A DNA stretch of 63,491 nucleotides, counting the filler, from Globobulimina sp. (lineage: Eukaryota), in the NCBI GenBank assembly GCA_003354225.1. It is 48 parts of 48 records of this genome, joined end to end, with 100 filler letters (N's around TTAATTAATTAA, not from the genome) between each part and the next. Parts side by side here need not be neighbours in the genome. Positions count along the whole stretch, not along the records: positions 34,459 to 35,683 come from PIVH01020625.1; positions 35,784 to 37,008 come from PIVH01020626.1; positions 37,109 to 38,333 come from PIVH01020627.1; positions 38,434 to 39,658 come from PIVH01020628.1; positions 39,759 to 40,983 come from PIVH01020629.1; positions 41,084 to 42,307 come from PIVH01020630.1; positions 42,408 to 43,631 come from PIVH01020631.1; positions 43,732 to 44,955 come from PIVH01020632.1; 40 more parts are not named here. One strand, 5' to 3'. Made by a program: the position numbers and the translations under genes. Below the pieces are notes generated by a model. It worked only from the letters and a program-made list of their open reading frames with translations, ran no database searches and was not told where the DNA came from. This document shows, one piece after another, positions 35,205 to 47,705 of this stretch (the stretch's first letter is position 1; each line of letters opens with the position of its first letter).

Positions 35205-35683
35205 ATGGCACAACAGGCACTAGCACCACAAAGCAGTGGTTTAACCAAAGACTTAATAAAAAGAGCATTTGATTTGATCGATCTAAACGGCGATGGCCAA
35301 TTGCAAAAGGAAGAATTTAGTGCAGGTTGCGATTCCATGGGATTTGGACTCTCCACAGACGCATTTAATTCTATATTTGCATTGATTGACGAAGACGCCT
35401 CAGGTACGTACACATCCAGCACAAAAATACACACAACAAAACCCCAAATATTGGCATATACAACCAAGGCGAGATCGATTTGGATGAATTCTGTGCCTTT
35501 ATACTGAAAGCAAGCAGTACGGATTCGGCGCAATTAAAGGAATTCAGAGCGCGCTTAGTCGCCATTGCCCAGCAACAACGAAGTGGTTTAACCAAAGATT
35601 TATTGCAACGCGCCTTTGATTTGATAGATAAAAATGGCGACGGCCAGCTACAAAAAGACGAATTTAGTGCAGGTTGCGATGGC
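35205..35683 (+). CDS. Tandem EF-hand calcium-binding protein; intron 35404-35468; 3' truncated
   Basis: DLNGDGQLQKEEF, DEDASG|EIDLDEF, then a repeated unit GLTKDL..RAFDLIDKNGDGQLQKDEF. Confidence 0.88.
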
Positions 35684-35786
35684 NNNNNNNNNNNNNNNNN
35701 NNNNNNNNNNNNNNNNNNNNNNNNNNNTTAATTAATTAANNNNNNNNNNNNNNNNNNNNNNNNNNNNNNNNNNNNNNNNNNNNGCA

Positions 35787-36194
35787 ATGTATTTAGATGC
35801 AACATATATTACTAATAATCATTTGATTGAATCAAAAAAAAATTTGTTAAAATATGACTATGTATTAACAATGGATGGCATTGGCAATGACAACAAAATG
35901 AATACAAAACTTTTGTATTTCTTTATAAGACAAATCAACAGAATTTTTTTGCAAACGCCACCTTCGAACAATAATGATACAGAGTTAGTGGTGAAGCAGT
36001 TGCATCATTATCATTATCATTATGATGGAGTCACCAAAGATGATTTATGGAAATATTTTAACCAAAGCAAAGAACTCGATGTATTGTTTAAATACAATAC
36101 TTTGGATTTGGAATTGACGCAATTTGGACAAGGTATTGGTTTTCTGGACCTCATGTTTTATGACATAGTGAATCAATCAACTACAATTTCTTAA
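35787..36194 (+). CDS. C-terminal fragment, possibly sulfotransferase-like
   Basis: LLKYDYVL...YNTLDLELTQFG resembles Golgi sulfotransferase C-termini; weak. Confidence 0.3.
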   Translation: MYLDATYITNNHLIESKKNLLKYDYVLTMDGIGNDNKMNTKLLYFFIRQINRIFLQTPPSNNNDTELVVKQLHHYHYHYDGVTKDDLWKYFNQSKELDVLFKYNTLDLELTQFGQGIGFLDLMFYDIVNQSTTIS

Positions 36195-36258
36195 AGTTTT
36201 CAAGTCAACAAAGGGATTTTTCTATATATCGTTGCGTCTAATCCTAGTCATCGTCGAA

Positions 36259-37008
36259 ATGACACTACTTTTCATAGTTTTAACATTTTGGTTTTCTTGC
36301 TCGATGTGCCTAAGTGTTGATAGCGGTGAATGTATCAACGAATTGATTGCATGGATTAAACATAATGGTGGCGATGTATCAGACTCGATAGAAATTCGAT
36401 ATGAGGGTGATATTCGGCGCCGTGGTGTTTATACCGTAGATGCATTACATTCAAATGACATGTTAGCATCAATTCCCATCTCATTATTATTCACATTGCC
36501 CGACGCACAAAAATTATTAAAAACGGTTTTACCGCAAAATAAAAAAGAAGCATTGTCCAAGTTAGGACCCATTGACACATTGTCATTAGCACTGTTCATA
36601 GAATACCAAAATGGAGATTCGTTTTGGAATTCGTACTTAAAATGCTTGCCAACAATGAATGATATTAAAAATGAATTGAATATGCCATTATTTTGGAGCG
36701 AAAATGAGATAAATAAATATTTACAAAGCTCAAAAGTCGGATTATTTATGCAAAGAAGAATAGAATCCATTCATGAGTCCTTTAATGAAATCAATGAAAT
36801 CTTGCAAAATATCTCTTATTTAAAACACTTACAATTTACAATGGATGAATGGATGTGGGCATTATCCGTTGTTTGGTCGCGTTCATTCTCTGTGATGATC
36901 CAACATAAAAAAGTAAAAGTTATGTGATAAAAAACGTTTTTTTCGATATTATAAGTTATAATTTTGTACATTTAATATGCAGTGTTTGGTGCCATTTGGT
37001 GATTTATT
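36259..37008 (+). CDS. Rubisco-LSMT/SETD3-like SET-domain methyltransferase with an N-terminal hydrophobic signal; intron ending at 36982
   Basis: LIAWIKHNGG, RRGVYT, LASIP, SFWNSYLKCLP, PLFWS, WMWALSVVWSRSF, then CLVPFGDL after the intron. Confidence 0.85.
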
Positions 37009-37108
37009 NNNNNNNNNNNNNNNNNNNNNNNNNNNNNNNNNNNNNNNNNNNNTTAATTAATTAANNNNNNNNNNNNNNNNNNNNNNNNNNNNNNNNNNNN
37101 NNNNNNNN

Positions 37109-38333
37109 AAACTATGAATAATTAGATCCGACACGCAAGTTCTAACCAATTCATCTCTGGTGGTCAATATATATTGCTCCACATTTGATTCTTTCTGTGA
37201 TAAATATTGCAAAAACCAGGAACATAGATCAGTATTGTCTTTGTATACAAATTCCAAATAACTCATAAATTTCGTAAGCACTTCATTTTTTCCTGCTGTT
37301 CGCGAGACATATTTAAGACACGTTAACGTTGCCATTTTTGTAATATGTAATCCATCATCCTTTTCATCTTCGTGCTGTTGATATTTTGCTGCAGTGCGCG
37401 TTAAATTGTATAAAAACTCAAAATATGGAATATTAAATAATTGAATATCACGCATTAACGTGAAATTATTCGCTAATATTAGCCGTGCCAAATCTGGTAC
37501 TTTATCTGCAATTAATTGTTGCAAATCTATCCTCTCATTCTTCTCTTCAACTAATTGTTTTCGTTCATAAATTAAACCATACGCACAATCTGCTTTATCT
37601 TCATTGGTGACAGAATCAACTCCGCCAAACGTAGCATCATCCAAATTATTTATATCAAATAATTTAACCAAACCGTCATTAAATTCCAACCATTCATCAG
37701 GATCCCGAATATACGAAAAATAGTGTCCATTTTCTTCATCACCAGAATGGATTATAATTCCTGACAACTCATATGTATACGCACAACATTCACTATTTTC
37801 TTTCATTTCAAACCCAGATATTCCTGCTTTTGTAAACTGTTTTAATTCGATTTCCAAAGGAAATTCAAACCGATCGTACACTTTTTCCGACTGAAATGTT
37901 TGGAAATTTAATCCAAATCTCTTCAGCTGGAAAAATATTTTCTTTTGTAATTTCCCAATAACTTCACGTTTCAAAGTATCACATTTGGTTTGACATTTGT
38001 CACAGTATACACCTTCTAACTCTTCTGTGGCTACATACGATTTCAAAGCTTGTTCTAAATGGGTTTGGTCTTTAATACTCACAGATACCTCCATACATTC
38101 TTGCGTTCGTTCCCTAACATTGCCACAACCGCCTTTGCAAATCATTTGTGTGCAAATTTCAACACCGAAATTGTGCCATAATAAATCCGCAAATTTCGTA
38201 TTTTGTAATCCGTTGTGGATTCTTTCCGTCAAAATATTAAAAAATTCATGAACGTCTTTTTGTGTTCGCACATCGACGACTTGGCCTGTTTCATCTTTCC
38301 AACTCTTGCAAAAAGGCAATGTATCATACGTTT
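37109..38333 (-). CDS. Ubiquitin-specific protease (USP9/24/34-like) catalytic fragment
   Basis: QKDVHEFF, LKRF...RFEFP, YELSGIIIHSG...GHYFSYI, WLEFND. Confidence 0.9.
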
Positions 38334-39460
38334 NNNNNNNNNNNNNNNNNNNNNNNNNNNNNNNNNNNNNNNNNNNNTTAATTAATTAANNNNNNNNNNN
38401 NNNNNNNNNNNNNNNNNNNNNNNNNNNNNNNNNCTATCTGTGTCAGAATCAATCTCGAATTCATTTATAAATGGCAATAATATGACCACTAAAAAAACAC
38501 AAGTGAATGGGCAGACTGTTACTAAAATCTATAGAAATAATCAATTGATACAAACAACAATACATAATATTAATAATAACGCCAATAATATTTTAAATAA
38601 TAATATTCAACAAGTCGTACAACATAATTATAATTATAATAACAATAATATAGTTCATCAAAATCAAAACTTATCCACTCTGGAATCATTGATGGGAAAC
38701 GTTTTTGCGGTTCAATTTAATCAGAATCAGAATCAGAATCAATGCCAATGTGGTGCTACATATTGCAATTCAATTAATCAAACCTTACAAATTAATAATA
38801 ATAATTATTATGGTCCGATTCGTGGTGGATATCATATTAATTCTTCATTGCAATCTAGATATAGCCCATTTCAGTCGTTATAGACATGAAATTCGGATTA
38901 ATGTGATTTAAATGTATTTTTCGCTGACCATTAATCTATCTAAAAAATGCTTTTTTTTGTATTACCACTTCTTTTCCTTCGTACTTTATGTGGTGTCACT
39001 GTCTGCAATTTTATTATTTTTGTTTTTTTCGAAAACAGCGCAGTGTTTAATATGTGGTGCCACTGTCGACAATCTTACAGAAAAACAAACTAACATCTCA
39101 CCGCGCCGACCTATTCCATAGCGTACATTTGCTACACAATATCGATTGATATTGTACAGTACTAAATTTGTGGTCATAGCACACAATCAAACACAAAATT
39201 GCAAAGTGCAATTTTACAGTCTACGTAATTACAAACAACCACAGCTAGACTATTAACATAAAAACACAATCAAAAAATGGTATATCTATAAAAATATATA
39301 TGGCCTAAACCTATATATATATAATATATTAAATATAAAACAGACATCGGGCGGAGACTTTGATTACAAAATCTTTCGTCAAGATTGGGACAATTTATTA
39401 GAACGCCAAAAATACAAAGAAGCTGAGAAATTATGCCACGAAGGTTTAGCGAAATCCCCA

Positions 39461-39646
39461 TTGGACCAAAGCAGAGGTCGCTTATATAACCACTTAGGAT
39501 ATTTATACGAGAACTTCTTAGACGACAAAACCTTTGATGATATATTGGAACATTACGTGTTATCCTTACAAGTGGATGAATCCAACGCCAATTCACATTA
39601 CAATTTAGCTAATTTCCTCTTGGAACAAGGCATGCAATTTAGATAA
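39461..39646 (+). CDS. TPR-like fragment
   Basis: LYNHLGYLY...HYVLSLQVDESNANSHYNLANFL. Confidence 0.55.
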   Translation: MDQSRGRLYNHLGYLYENFLDDKTFDDILEHYVLSLQVDESNANSHYNLANFLLEQGMQFR

Positions 39647-40555
39647 GTATAAGTGAAANNNNNNNNNNNNNNNNNNNNNNNNNNNNNNNNNNNNNNNNNN
39701 NNTTAATTAATTAANNNNNNNNNNNNNNNNNNNNNNNNNNNNNNNNNNNNNNNNNNNNTTTTCCAAATTTAAATATCTGAATATTAGTAATTTGCTTGAT
39801 TACAATTTAATAATTATAAGTATAAATAAATACAAAAATAAATACAAATTATAATAATTTAAATAATAAAACATCGAACAACCATTAAATTGTATTTTCA
39901 GTTATATATTAAATAAGTTGTGCCGTAGATAAGTAAATATCTGCCATTAAATACTGTACAATTCCAACCAATGCACGTTTAAGTTCGATAAAATCCGATC
40001 CAAATATACGAGAAACGATTGTAAAATCCGATCCAAATAAAAAATTTCCATATAATTTTATGAATAATAAACAGCATAAATTAATACACATAATAATTTA
40101 TATTTACATTTATGTCTTCTTGATACATTAATTTATATTTACATCGCACAAACAGCAATGAAACAACGACAGAAAGTAATCCAATCAGCAATGAAATCCA
40201 ATCAGCAATGAAACAACGCGTTGTAGTGGATTAAAATTTGATAAACGTAGAGCTGCAAACATCACATCAACATATTCGATGAATATTAGATGACAAAGAT
40301 ATAGATATTAATGAATCGGATATAATATATATATTGATGGTGGAATGTAAACGGATATTAAAAATAGAGGGCGGTGTATATCAAACCAGTAACAAACCCA
40401 CCAAATTCAATGTAAATAATCCAATCAAATTCAGTAAACAAATTCAATTCAAAAACAATCGATATAAAATAAATACAATACAACAACCAAATTATTAAAA
40501 TTCCATAGAAAATGTCCATATGACCAATCAGCAAATAATTTAAGAAAAAAAAGAG

Positions 40556-40739
40556 AATTTTGAAAAGTAATTGGGTCTGGTCATTGTCAATCAAACAACA
40601 GCAACTTTATCGAAACAAAGTACTATTTACTGACAGTAACCGACGTAAAGGATAATTTTAAAAGGTAATTGGGTCTGGTCACTGCGTCAAATAACTTTAT
40701 CGAAACAAAGCTATTATTCACTGACAATGACTGACGTAA
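40556..40739 (+). repeat. Degenerate two-copy direct repeat of about 90 bp
   Basis: GTAATTGGGTCTGGTCA...AACTTTATCGAAACAAAG...CTGACA...GACGTAA occurs twice. Confidence 0.8.
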
Positions 40740-40946
40740 TTAAGAAATATATTAAAATTGCCGTATCTACAAATCGACGTGCGTTTGATGATTGTATTAG
40801 TTTTACACTGCAGATATTATACAACAATTTTGAAAATTAGTACACAGAGGGCTGCTGATCAAAATTGAACTGCAGCATTGAATAATTGACAGAGAATTAG
40901 TTTGTATATTCAGCAATGAAAGAAACAATAAACAAATCAACCTGCG

Positions 40947-40983
40947 TTTGATGTTTGGGATTTGAACCCAAATCTTCTTTAAT
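40947..40983 (-). tRNA. 3' portion of a tRNA-like sequence (T-arm) truncated by the contig end
   Basis: Minus strand TTGGG-TTCAAAT-CCCAA stem-loop preceded by a short variable-loop-like segment; anticodon arm not in the contig. Confidence 0.3.
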
Positions 40984-41456
40984 NNNNNNNNNNNNNNNNN
41001 NNNNNNNNNNNNNNNNNNNNNNNNNNNTTAATTAATTAANNNNNNNNNNNNNNNNNNNNNNNNNNNNNNNNNNNNNNNNNNNNTAATGTTATGATACATA
41101 ATAAAATATGAATCATATAGAGTACCTAAAATATGAGGAAAGGATGTCATATATTTGCTGTTGTTTCTTGCGCCGACGGCGGATGGAATTAAAAGTAATT
41201 TTGATTTCCAAGGATCCGTTGAATCACTGGAGCTCGAACTCGGATTGCTCACAACAATGATGATGATTAAGACAATGAGGATGGTGCATACAACTGCAAC
41301 TCGTGTTAGTATATATCGTTTTTTTTTCTCGTTGTTGCATAACTGTTGGAAACAGTGTTGTGTCAACGTTTTCTGTTGCCAGGTTTAGAACTACAGCACT
41401 TTAAAAAACATTTGGGTTGTTATTAAATTCCGCGAATAAACATCAATATATTTTAT

Positions 41457-41993
41457 ATGTTGGTGTTATTCTTTTTTTTATGCATAATGAATACATTATC
41501 AACTTCGCAATATTATAATCACAGCACTAATATTATGACGCAACTGGCTTCCGTTTGGTTTGGAGACTTTGAACAAGCACTCAATACAAAACCAGTTGAC
41601 CAAGAACAAATTTATAAAATATGGGTTCGCGGATTAGTTTTGAATTATAATCGACGTTATAATCATCATTTAATGGAGAATATGTTTAGAAATGCATACA
41701 AACTCATCTCCAATAATACGAAAATCATAAAACGAATGCATGCGAATCCGAAAAAAGGAAGAATTCCGAATCCATTCCAAAGACTGTACAGTGGCTCAAC
41801 GGAAATGTTTCAAAAGGAGTTACATTCTTTGGCATTGAAAGGAAATTGGACTATTCTAACTTTCTTAAAAAACAGAAAAAAACAGTCTCATATGGCAACA
41901 AATCAAGAAACTCTCCGTTCGTTAAGAGGTGATTTTAGTCGATTAATTGTGGCAAAAATCCACCTCATACCGTCTGTATATCGCTGGCGTTGA
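41457..41993 (+). CDS. Hypothetical secreted protein (AT-rich part of a chimeric contig)
   Basis: Hydrophobic N-terminus; the ORF ends at the GC transition. Confidence 0.4.
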   Translation: MLVLFFFLCIMNTLSTSQYYNHSTNIMTQLASVWFGDFEQALNTKPVDQEQIYKIWVRGLVLNYNRRYNHHLMENMFRNAYKLISNNTKIIKRMHANPKKGRIPNPFQRLYSGSTEMFQKELHSLALKGNWTILTFLKNRKKQSHMATNQETLRSLRGDFSRLIVAKIHLIPSVYRWR

Positions 41994-42307
41994 CCCCGAA
42001 GAGGCGCTCGGCGGTGGAATTCACGAAGTCGACGCGCCCGTCGCGGTCGGCGATGAGCACGCCGATCCGCAGGCGTTCGAGGAGCGCGAGGAGATCCGCG
42101 TTGCTCTGTTCGACGCGCTCGAGCGTTCGCTCGAGTCGGCGCTCCATCGCGACGCGCTCGGTGACGTCGGTCGCGACCCCCACCAGACCGTTCAGGGCGC
42201 CGTGGGCGCCGATGTCCGGCATCAGGCGCAGCTCGGCCACGCGGCGCTCCCCTTCGACCAACAGGCGAACGGGCTCGCCCTCGGCGACGCGTTCGAGAAG
42301 GCCGTCG
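41965..42307 (-). CDS. High-GC bacterial PAC/PAS sensor-protein fragment
   Basis: GLVGVATDVTERVAMERRL (PAC plus coiled coil), IGVLIADRDGRVDFVNSTAERLFG (PAS). Confidence 0.8.
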
Positions 42308-42407
42308 NNNNNNNNNNNNNNNNNNNNNNNNNNNNNNNNNNNNNNNNNNNNTTAATTAATTAANNNNNNNNNNNNNNNNNNNNNNNNNNNNNNNNNNNNN
42401 NNNNNNN

Positions 42408-43328
42408 AGCGCGGAAGACAACTATTTCAAAAAACAGCTGCAATGGAGACACAACAACGCGGCCAACATCGACCGCGTCATCTTAACTTCCAACGTCAGC
42501 AACAGCAAACGCAGCATGCCGATGATATTGCGGATCATCACCAGAGAGCATCGCCGACCAGAATTGGGCGATAAGTTCAGTTCTCGACATGGCCAGAAAG
42601 GCGTATGCGGCCTGATTGTGCCCCAAAGGGATATGCCTTTTACGGAGGACGGCATTGTGCCAGATTTGATCATGAATCCACACGGCTTCCCGTCCAGAAT
42701 GACCGTGGGCAAAATGATCGAGTTGGTGACGGGAAAAGTGGCGGTGGCCTCGCAATCGCACCGCCTGGGCACCGGCTTTCTGGCTGGCCAGCAATTTGGC
42801 GATGGCTCGGCTTTTGGCGCGAGGGACATTGTGGAAAATGTGTGCAGACATTTGATAGGTTTAGGATACTCGTACTCGGGCAAAGATTACTTGACGTGCG
42901 GCCTGAGCGGCAATGCGTTGTCGTCGTACATCTTCATCGGACCTGTTTTCTATCAGAAGCTGAAGCATATGGTCCGCGATAAGATGCATGCGCGGTCCCG
43001 AGGGCCCACTACTTCGCTGACCAGACAGCCGACGGAGGGCAGGTCGCGCAAAGGCGGGCTGAGAGTGGGCGAGATGGAGAGGGACTGCCTGATTGGGCAC
43101 GGTGCGAGTTATCTGTTGTTTGAACGGCTGATGGTGTCGTCGGATAAGTATCAGTGTCAGATTTGTAAGGAATGCGGATTGATTGTGTCGCTGCCAAACT
43201 ATTGCAACTATTGTCAGTCTGGTTTATCTTTGTCGAAAATCAACATTCCGTATGCGTGCAAGTTGCTGTTTCAAGAGCTAATGAGTATGAATATTGCTAC
43301 AAAGATACAGTTGACGGATGAGTTTTAG
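42408..43328 (+). CDS. POLR3B: RNA polymerase III second-largest subunit (RPC2), C-terminal part
   Basis: [78 protein letters not shown], clamp Zn cysteines. Confidence 0.92.
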   Translation, partial: SAEDNYFKKQLQWRHNNAANIDRVILTSNVSNSKRSMPMILRIITREHRRPELGDKFSSRHGQKGVCGLIVPQRDMPFTEDGIVPDLIMNPHGFPSRMTVGKMIELVTGKVAVASQSHRLGTGFLAGQQFGDGSAFGARDIVENVCRHLIGLGYSYSGKDYLTCGLSGNALSSYIFIGPVFYQKLKHMVRDKMHARSRGPTTSLTRQPTEGRSRKGGLRVGEMERDCLIGHGASYLLFERLMVSSDKYQCQICKECGLIVSLPNYCNYCQSGLSLSKINIPYACKLLFQELMSMNIATKIQLTDEF

Positions 43329-43731
43329 TGGTTGTATTCAACAAAGTGGATATCGATCCAGTTGATGCGCATCGGAAATAAATGCAATGTTTGAAAGATG
43401 TCCTTGCACAATGCACATAGATTGAAGCTAATCCAGAGACTGGATATGATGTTATTAATTATTTTGTCATACATCAGCTAGTAACCTCGAACATCCTCAA
43501 TTTTACTGTTTTTTGAAAACTCAAGCTCGATCATTAGTTATCATTTTTACAATGGCGCATCCCCACAATCTGAACATATATGTTTCCTTCCTTTTGTTTT
43601 CAACACAGAAATGTCCACACGCAACCATTAGNNNNNNNNNNNNNNNNNNNNNNNNNNNNNNNNNNNNNNNNNNNNTTAATTAATTAANNNNNNNNNNNNN
43701 NNNNNNNNNNNNNNNNNNNNNNNNNNNNNNN

Positions 43732-44955
43732 TCATCGGTGCCAATTGCTTTGTCCGTATCCAACTCTGCCGCACAGTTTCTGACTTCATAGAAATAGATT
43801 TCAGAATTTAGTACATCGTCTGGATTATCTGTGAGATTGGGAATGTTTTGATGTACATCATTGATTATAAAGTTTGCTGAATGATCAATTATCTGATGAT
43901 GGTTAATATGGTTTGTATTAAACGGAGGTTTGGGTGGGTTGCATATGTGTTGGTGAATTAATGTAGCTTGTTCAGTGGGGTCGTTGGTTGTTTCTTGATT
44001 TGCATTAATTATGATTGGCGGGATTATATTATCAGATTTGTAGTTTTTCTGTTTAAGCGCTCTGTAAAATATGCGAGAATGGGATTTTGCATGTTGTATT
44101 TGGTGGTTTAGTTTCTTGTTGTACGCTGCTTTTGCTTTCCGTATCTCTCTTAATTTCTCGTTTCGGAGTTTTTTATATTTAAAGTTTGCTTGGTCCAATT
44201 CATAAATAAAGATTCTTTTTCTGATGGAATCATTTGGAGCATTTTTTACTTTTTTCTTGAATTTATTCTTTTTATTCTCCCATTTTCTCGCTTTCTTTTG
44301 TAACTTTCCTATTTTATTGTTCCACCATGGTTTATATCCATTAAAATATGCTTTTTTCCCAATGGTAAGATTTGCAACATCCGTAATTGTTTGGGATATT
44401 GTATCAGTGAGGGTATTAATTGTTTTGTTTTGTAGCGCTGTGTTTGCTGGGTTTTTTCGAAGGAGTTTGGTGTCGTGGTTTATAAATTCTTGCAGCTGAT
44501 TTGTTCGTTTGGTAAGTAATGCGGTGTAATTCTTCCATTTCTTAGAGTTAAGATTCCAAACTCTACGATTATAATTAAATCCATATGCCTGTTCCAATTC
44601 TATTTCAAATTTAATTAAATAATGGTCCGACAATTGGGGTTTGTGATGATTGATTGCTTGCCAATTCGATGCTGTGGTGTTATTCGACGTGAATGTAATA
44701 TCTATATTAGATTCATGTGCATGATTGGATGGGTCGCATCGGGTTGGTGTTTTTGAATTTATTATTTGGAACTCCGAATGGGACAAAAGGGTCACAAAGT
44801 CATTCGATGCTTTATTGTGTTTTTTGCTCCCCCACATTTCATGGTGGAGGTTTAAATCACCGCCGAGGATCACTTTTTCTCCTTCATATTTAAATTGAAA
44901 TAATTGTGTTGCTTCGCCATATTTTGGAGGGCGATAATAAGAATAGACTGCAATT
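43732..44955 (-). mobile_element. Non-LTR retrotransposon ORF2 fragment (APE endonuclease C-terminal half and linker towards RT)
   Basis: YYRPP, ILGGDLNLHHEMWGS, TPTR, IDITF, SDH, KPWWN, KAIGTD. Confidence 0.88.
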
Positions 44956-45074
44956 NNNNNNNNNNNNNNNNNNNNNNNNNNNNNNNNNNNNNNNNNNNNT
45001 TAATTAATTAANNNNNNNNNNNNNNNNNNNNNNNNNNNNNNNNNNNNNNNNNNNNTAAGTACTTTCGCAAAACA

Positions 45075-46279
45075 TTGGGGATATCTTTTTATCAAAAACA
45101 GATGAAAAAGAAAAGACAAACCTCCAGTTTGAAGGCAAACAAGTGTACAATGATAAAGATGCATATTAATTACATGTATAAATGGTATATACGGCAATAT
45201 TATGTTGATTCCGGTTTTTGGTGTTTCTGTGCAATCGTAAGGGAAGTATTTGAAATTGTTTTGCAAACACAAGCTCTGCTGTTATATAATGGCACGTATT
45301 TATTCAGAAATAACTATGAAAATGTTACATTAGCATACGAACCCCAATATATTCAATTATTTGCAGTATTCTTATTTTTAAATTGTATCTCCGGCGGTAT
45401 TTTATGGATTTTATACGCATTCAAACCCTTATTTTGTCATGGATTTATTTTTGAATTACTACTATATTTTTTTGATGCATTCTATGATATATTTTATGCC
45501 ATATTTCCATTAATTATTGTACTGAATACTTCAAATAAGAATACATCGGTTTTAGTGGCATTAGCGTCCTTACAAACAGACTCTCAGTTTGGTTATGCAT
45601 TTTGATATATTTTTGTTATATAATTATGTAAAATGAATCTGAATATCGCAAAAGTTTCAGAGTCATGCCTGAATATATATGATTTGTCAAACTGTTTTCA
45701 AAATAAAATTGATTTTGTATATATAGATTATCATTTTTGGCAACGTTTATGCCAATGATGTTTTTATTAATAAAATGTTGGTATTTTGCCAAAAAATCTG
45801 AGCGTGCAATGAAAGAATATTATGCAAAGAAGCACGTTACACCATCAACATTGACTGCAATTAGCTGTCAAACTGTTTCGCGATACTCCACAGTTAATTG
45901 GATTTTATCGCGTAACAAAAATATCCCACAAAACTCTAGTAACAGTACGAGCAGCACCAGCACCCAAAAGGACACAGATCTGAATGTTGTAATAACAGAT
46001 GCATTAATGCATTATTCTGTGTTTAAAACTGTGTGGCTCAGAAAATTAATTATATTGCTAATCTCTATAACGTTTATTGGCTATGGAACCTCTGTATTAT
46101 CGATTGTTTTGTTTCATTTTAATTTTGCTATAAATTATTGTAACGTATTAGTTGCTGAACAGTATAAACTTATTAATTCTTTCGACAACAATGAAACATT
46201 TACGTTCAGTGAAACTGCTGAGAAATTAATAGACGAAAACTCAGAATTGTTTTGGTGGGAATTTTGTGATTATAAGGTA
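45075..46279 (+). CDS. Multi-pass membrane protein, two exons
   Basis: Hydrophobic helices in ORFs 45075-45605 and 45737-46279, separated by an AT-rich intron-like segment. Confidence 0.55.
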
Positions 46280-46684
46280 NNNNNNNNNNNNNNNNNNNNN
46301 NNNNNNNNNNNNNNNNNNNNNNNTTAATTAATTAANNNNNNNNNNNNNNNNNNNNNNNNNNNNNNNNNNNNNNNNNNNNTTACCATTTTTTTACCTTTTA
46401 AGAGTACATCGTTTCGAAATCCGTAATATAATTTATTGCTCAAAAAGCATGTTTTTCATTGAAAATCATAGAATACGAAAACGGTGTAATTTTGATGCAA
46501 ACCAGTGTCATTGCAATGCATGTTTTTCAATGAAATTCACAGAATATGAAAAGTGTGTAAAATCAGTTCCATTTCAATGCAAACTGTGTATTTTCGATGA
46601 AAAGTATGTTTTTCAGTGAAAAAACAATGATTTTTATAATTCAAACTATTACAGTATATAGAAAGCAGCACTCCAAACCATACA

Positions 46685-47603
46685 ATGTCCCAAGCTCTAA
46701 AATTGGTGGATGTGTTGCTAAATAAATTTGATAAACAGATACCGTGCAATGATGCAAAATATAATCTACTATTTTTAACAAAATATGCAAAATGTGTCGA
46801 ACCACAATATAACTATGTAATAAGTGAAGGACATAAAGCAACATTAATTTGCACCAATTCAAGGAAGGAACTTGGTGAAAGATTGAATCATCATATTTTT
46901 ACAGAAGGAAAAGTTGATTACGATGCAATTATTATGCATTCAACAACAATCGATGAGCAAATATTAAATCAATTAGCATCGACCCCTAAATTTAAATTAA
47001 TATCATTAATGAGCTCTGGTTTCGATCATATTGATATTAAACATTGCCAAAAATTAGGGATTCAGGTAACAAATATATCGCCGTCAATGGGCGAATCCGT
47101 CGCAGATTATATTGTTGCTTTAATGCTCAGTCTTTGTCGTGGATTATTTTTTGCAAATAAACATCAATGGAATATAGTTCGGAGTAAATTCACTTGGAAT
47201 TATAGAGATTTACATTCCACAAATGTTGGGATTATCGGATTAGGAAATATTGGTAAAGCATTGAGTAAAAGATTGCATTTTGGGTTTAATTGTAATGTAT
47301 ATTATTATAATAAAAGTGGTCCAAAAGAATATGATACAAATGTTGGAGCACAATGTATAAATAATTTAGCAGATTTATTGAAAATAAGTGATTTTATAAT
47401 ACCGCTTTGTCCATTAAATGATGACACAAAATATATGTTTAATAGAAACACTTTTAAAATGATGAAAGATGACGCATGGTTTATTAATGTTGGTAGAGGC
47501 AAATTATGCGATACAAATTCAATTATCTATGCACTTGCAAATAAATATATTGGTGGTGCGGCATTGGATTGTACGGATCCTGAACCATTGGATGAAAATA
47601 CAT
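46685..47603 (+). CDS. D-isomer-specific 2-hydroxyacid dehydrogenase (glyoxylate/hydroxypyruvate reductase-like), 3' truncated
   Basis: SSGFDHID, VGIIGLGNIG, CPLNDDT, FINVGRG, AALDCTDPEPL. Confidence 0.9.
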
Positions 47604-47705
47604 NNNNNNNNNNNNNNNNNNNNNNNNNNNNNNNNNNNNNNNNNNNNTTAATTAATTAANNNNNNNNNNNNNNNNNNNNNNNNNNNNNNNNNNNNNNNNN
47701 NNNTA

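Noticed and set aside
38440-38883. N/Q-rich ORF as a prion-like protein
   Set aside because: Asn/Gln-rich low complexity is common in AT-rich protist genes, and there is no other support.
5305-44955. The two LINE fragments as parts of one element
   Set aside because: They cover complementary halves of an APE domain but are on separate contigs with no overlap, so linkage cannot be shown.
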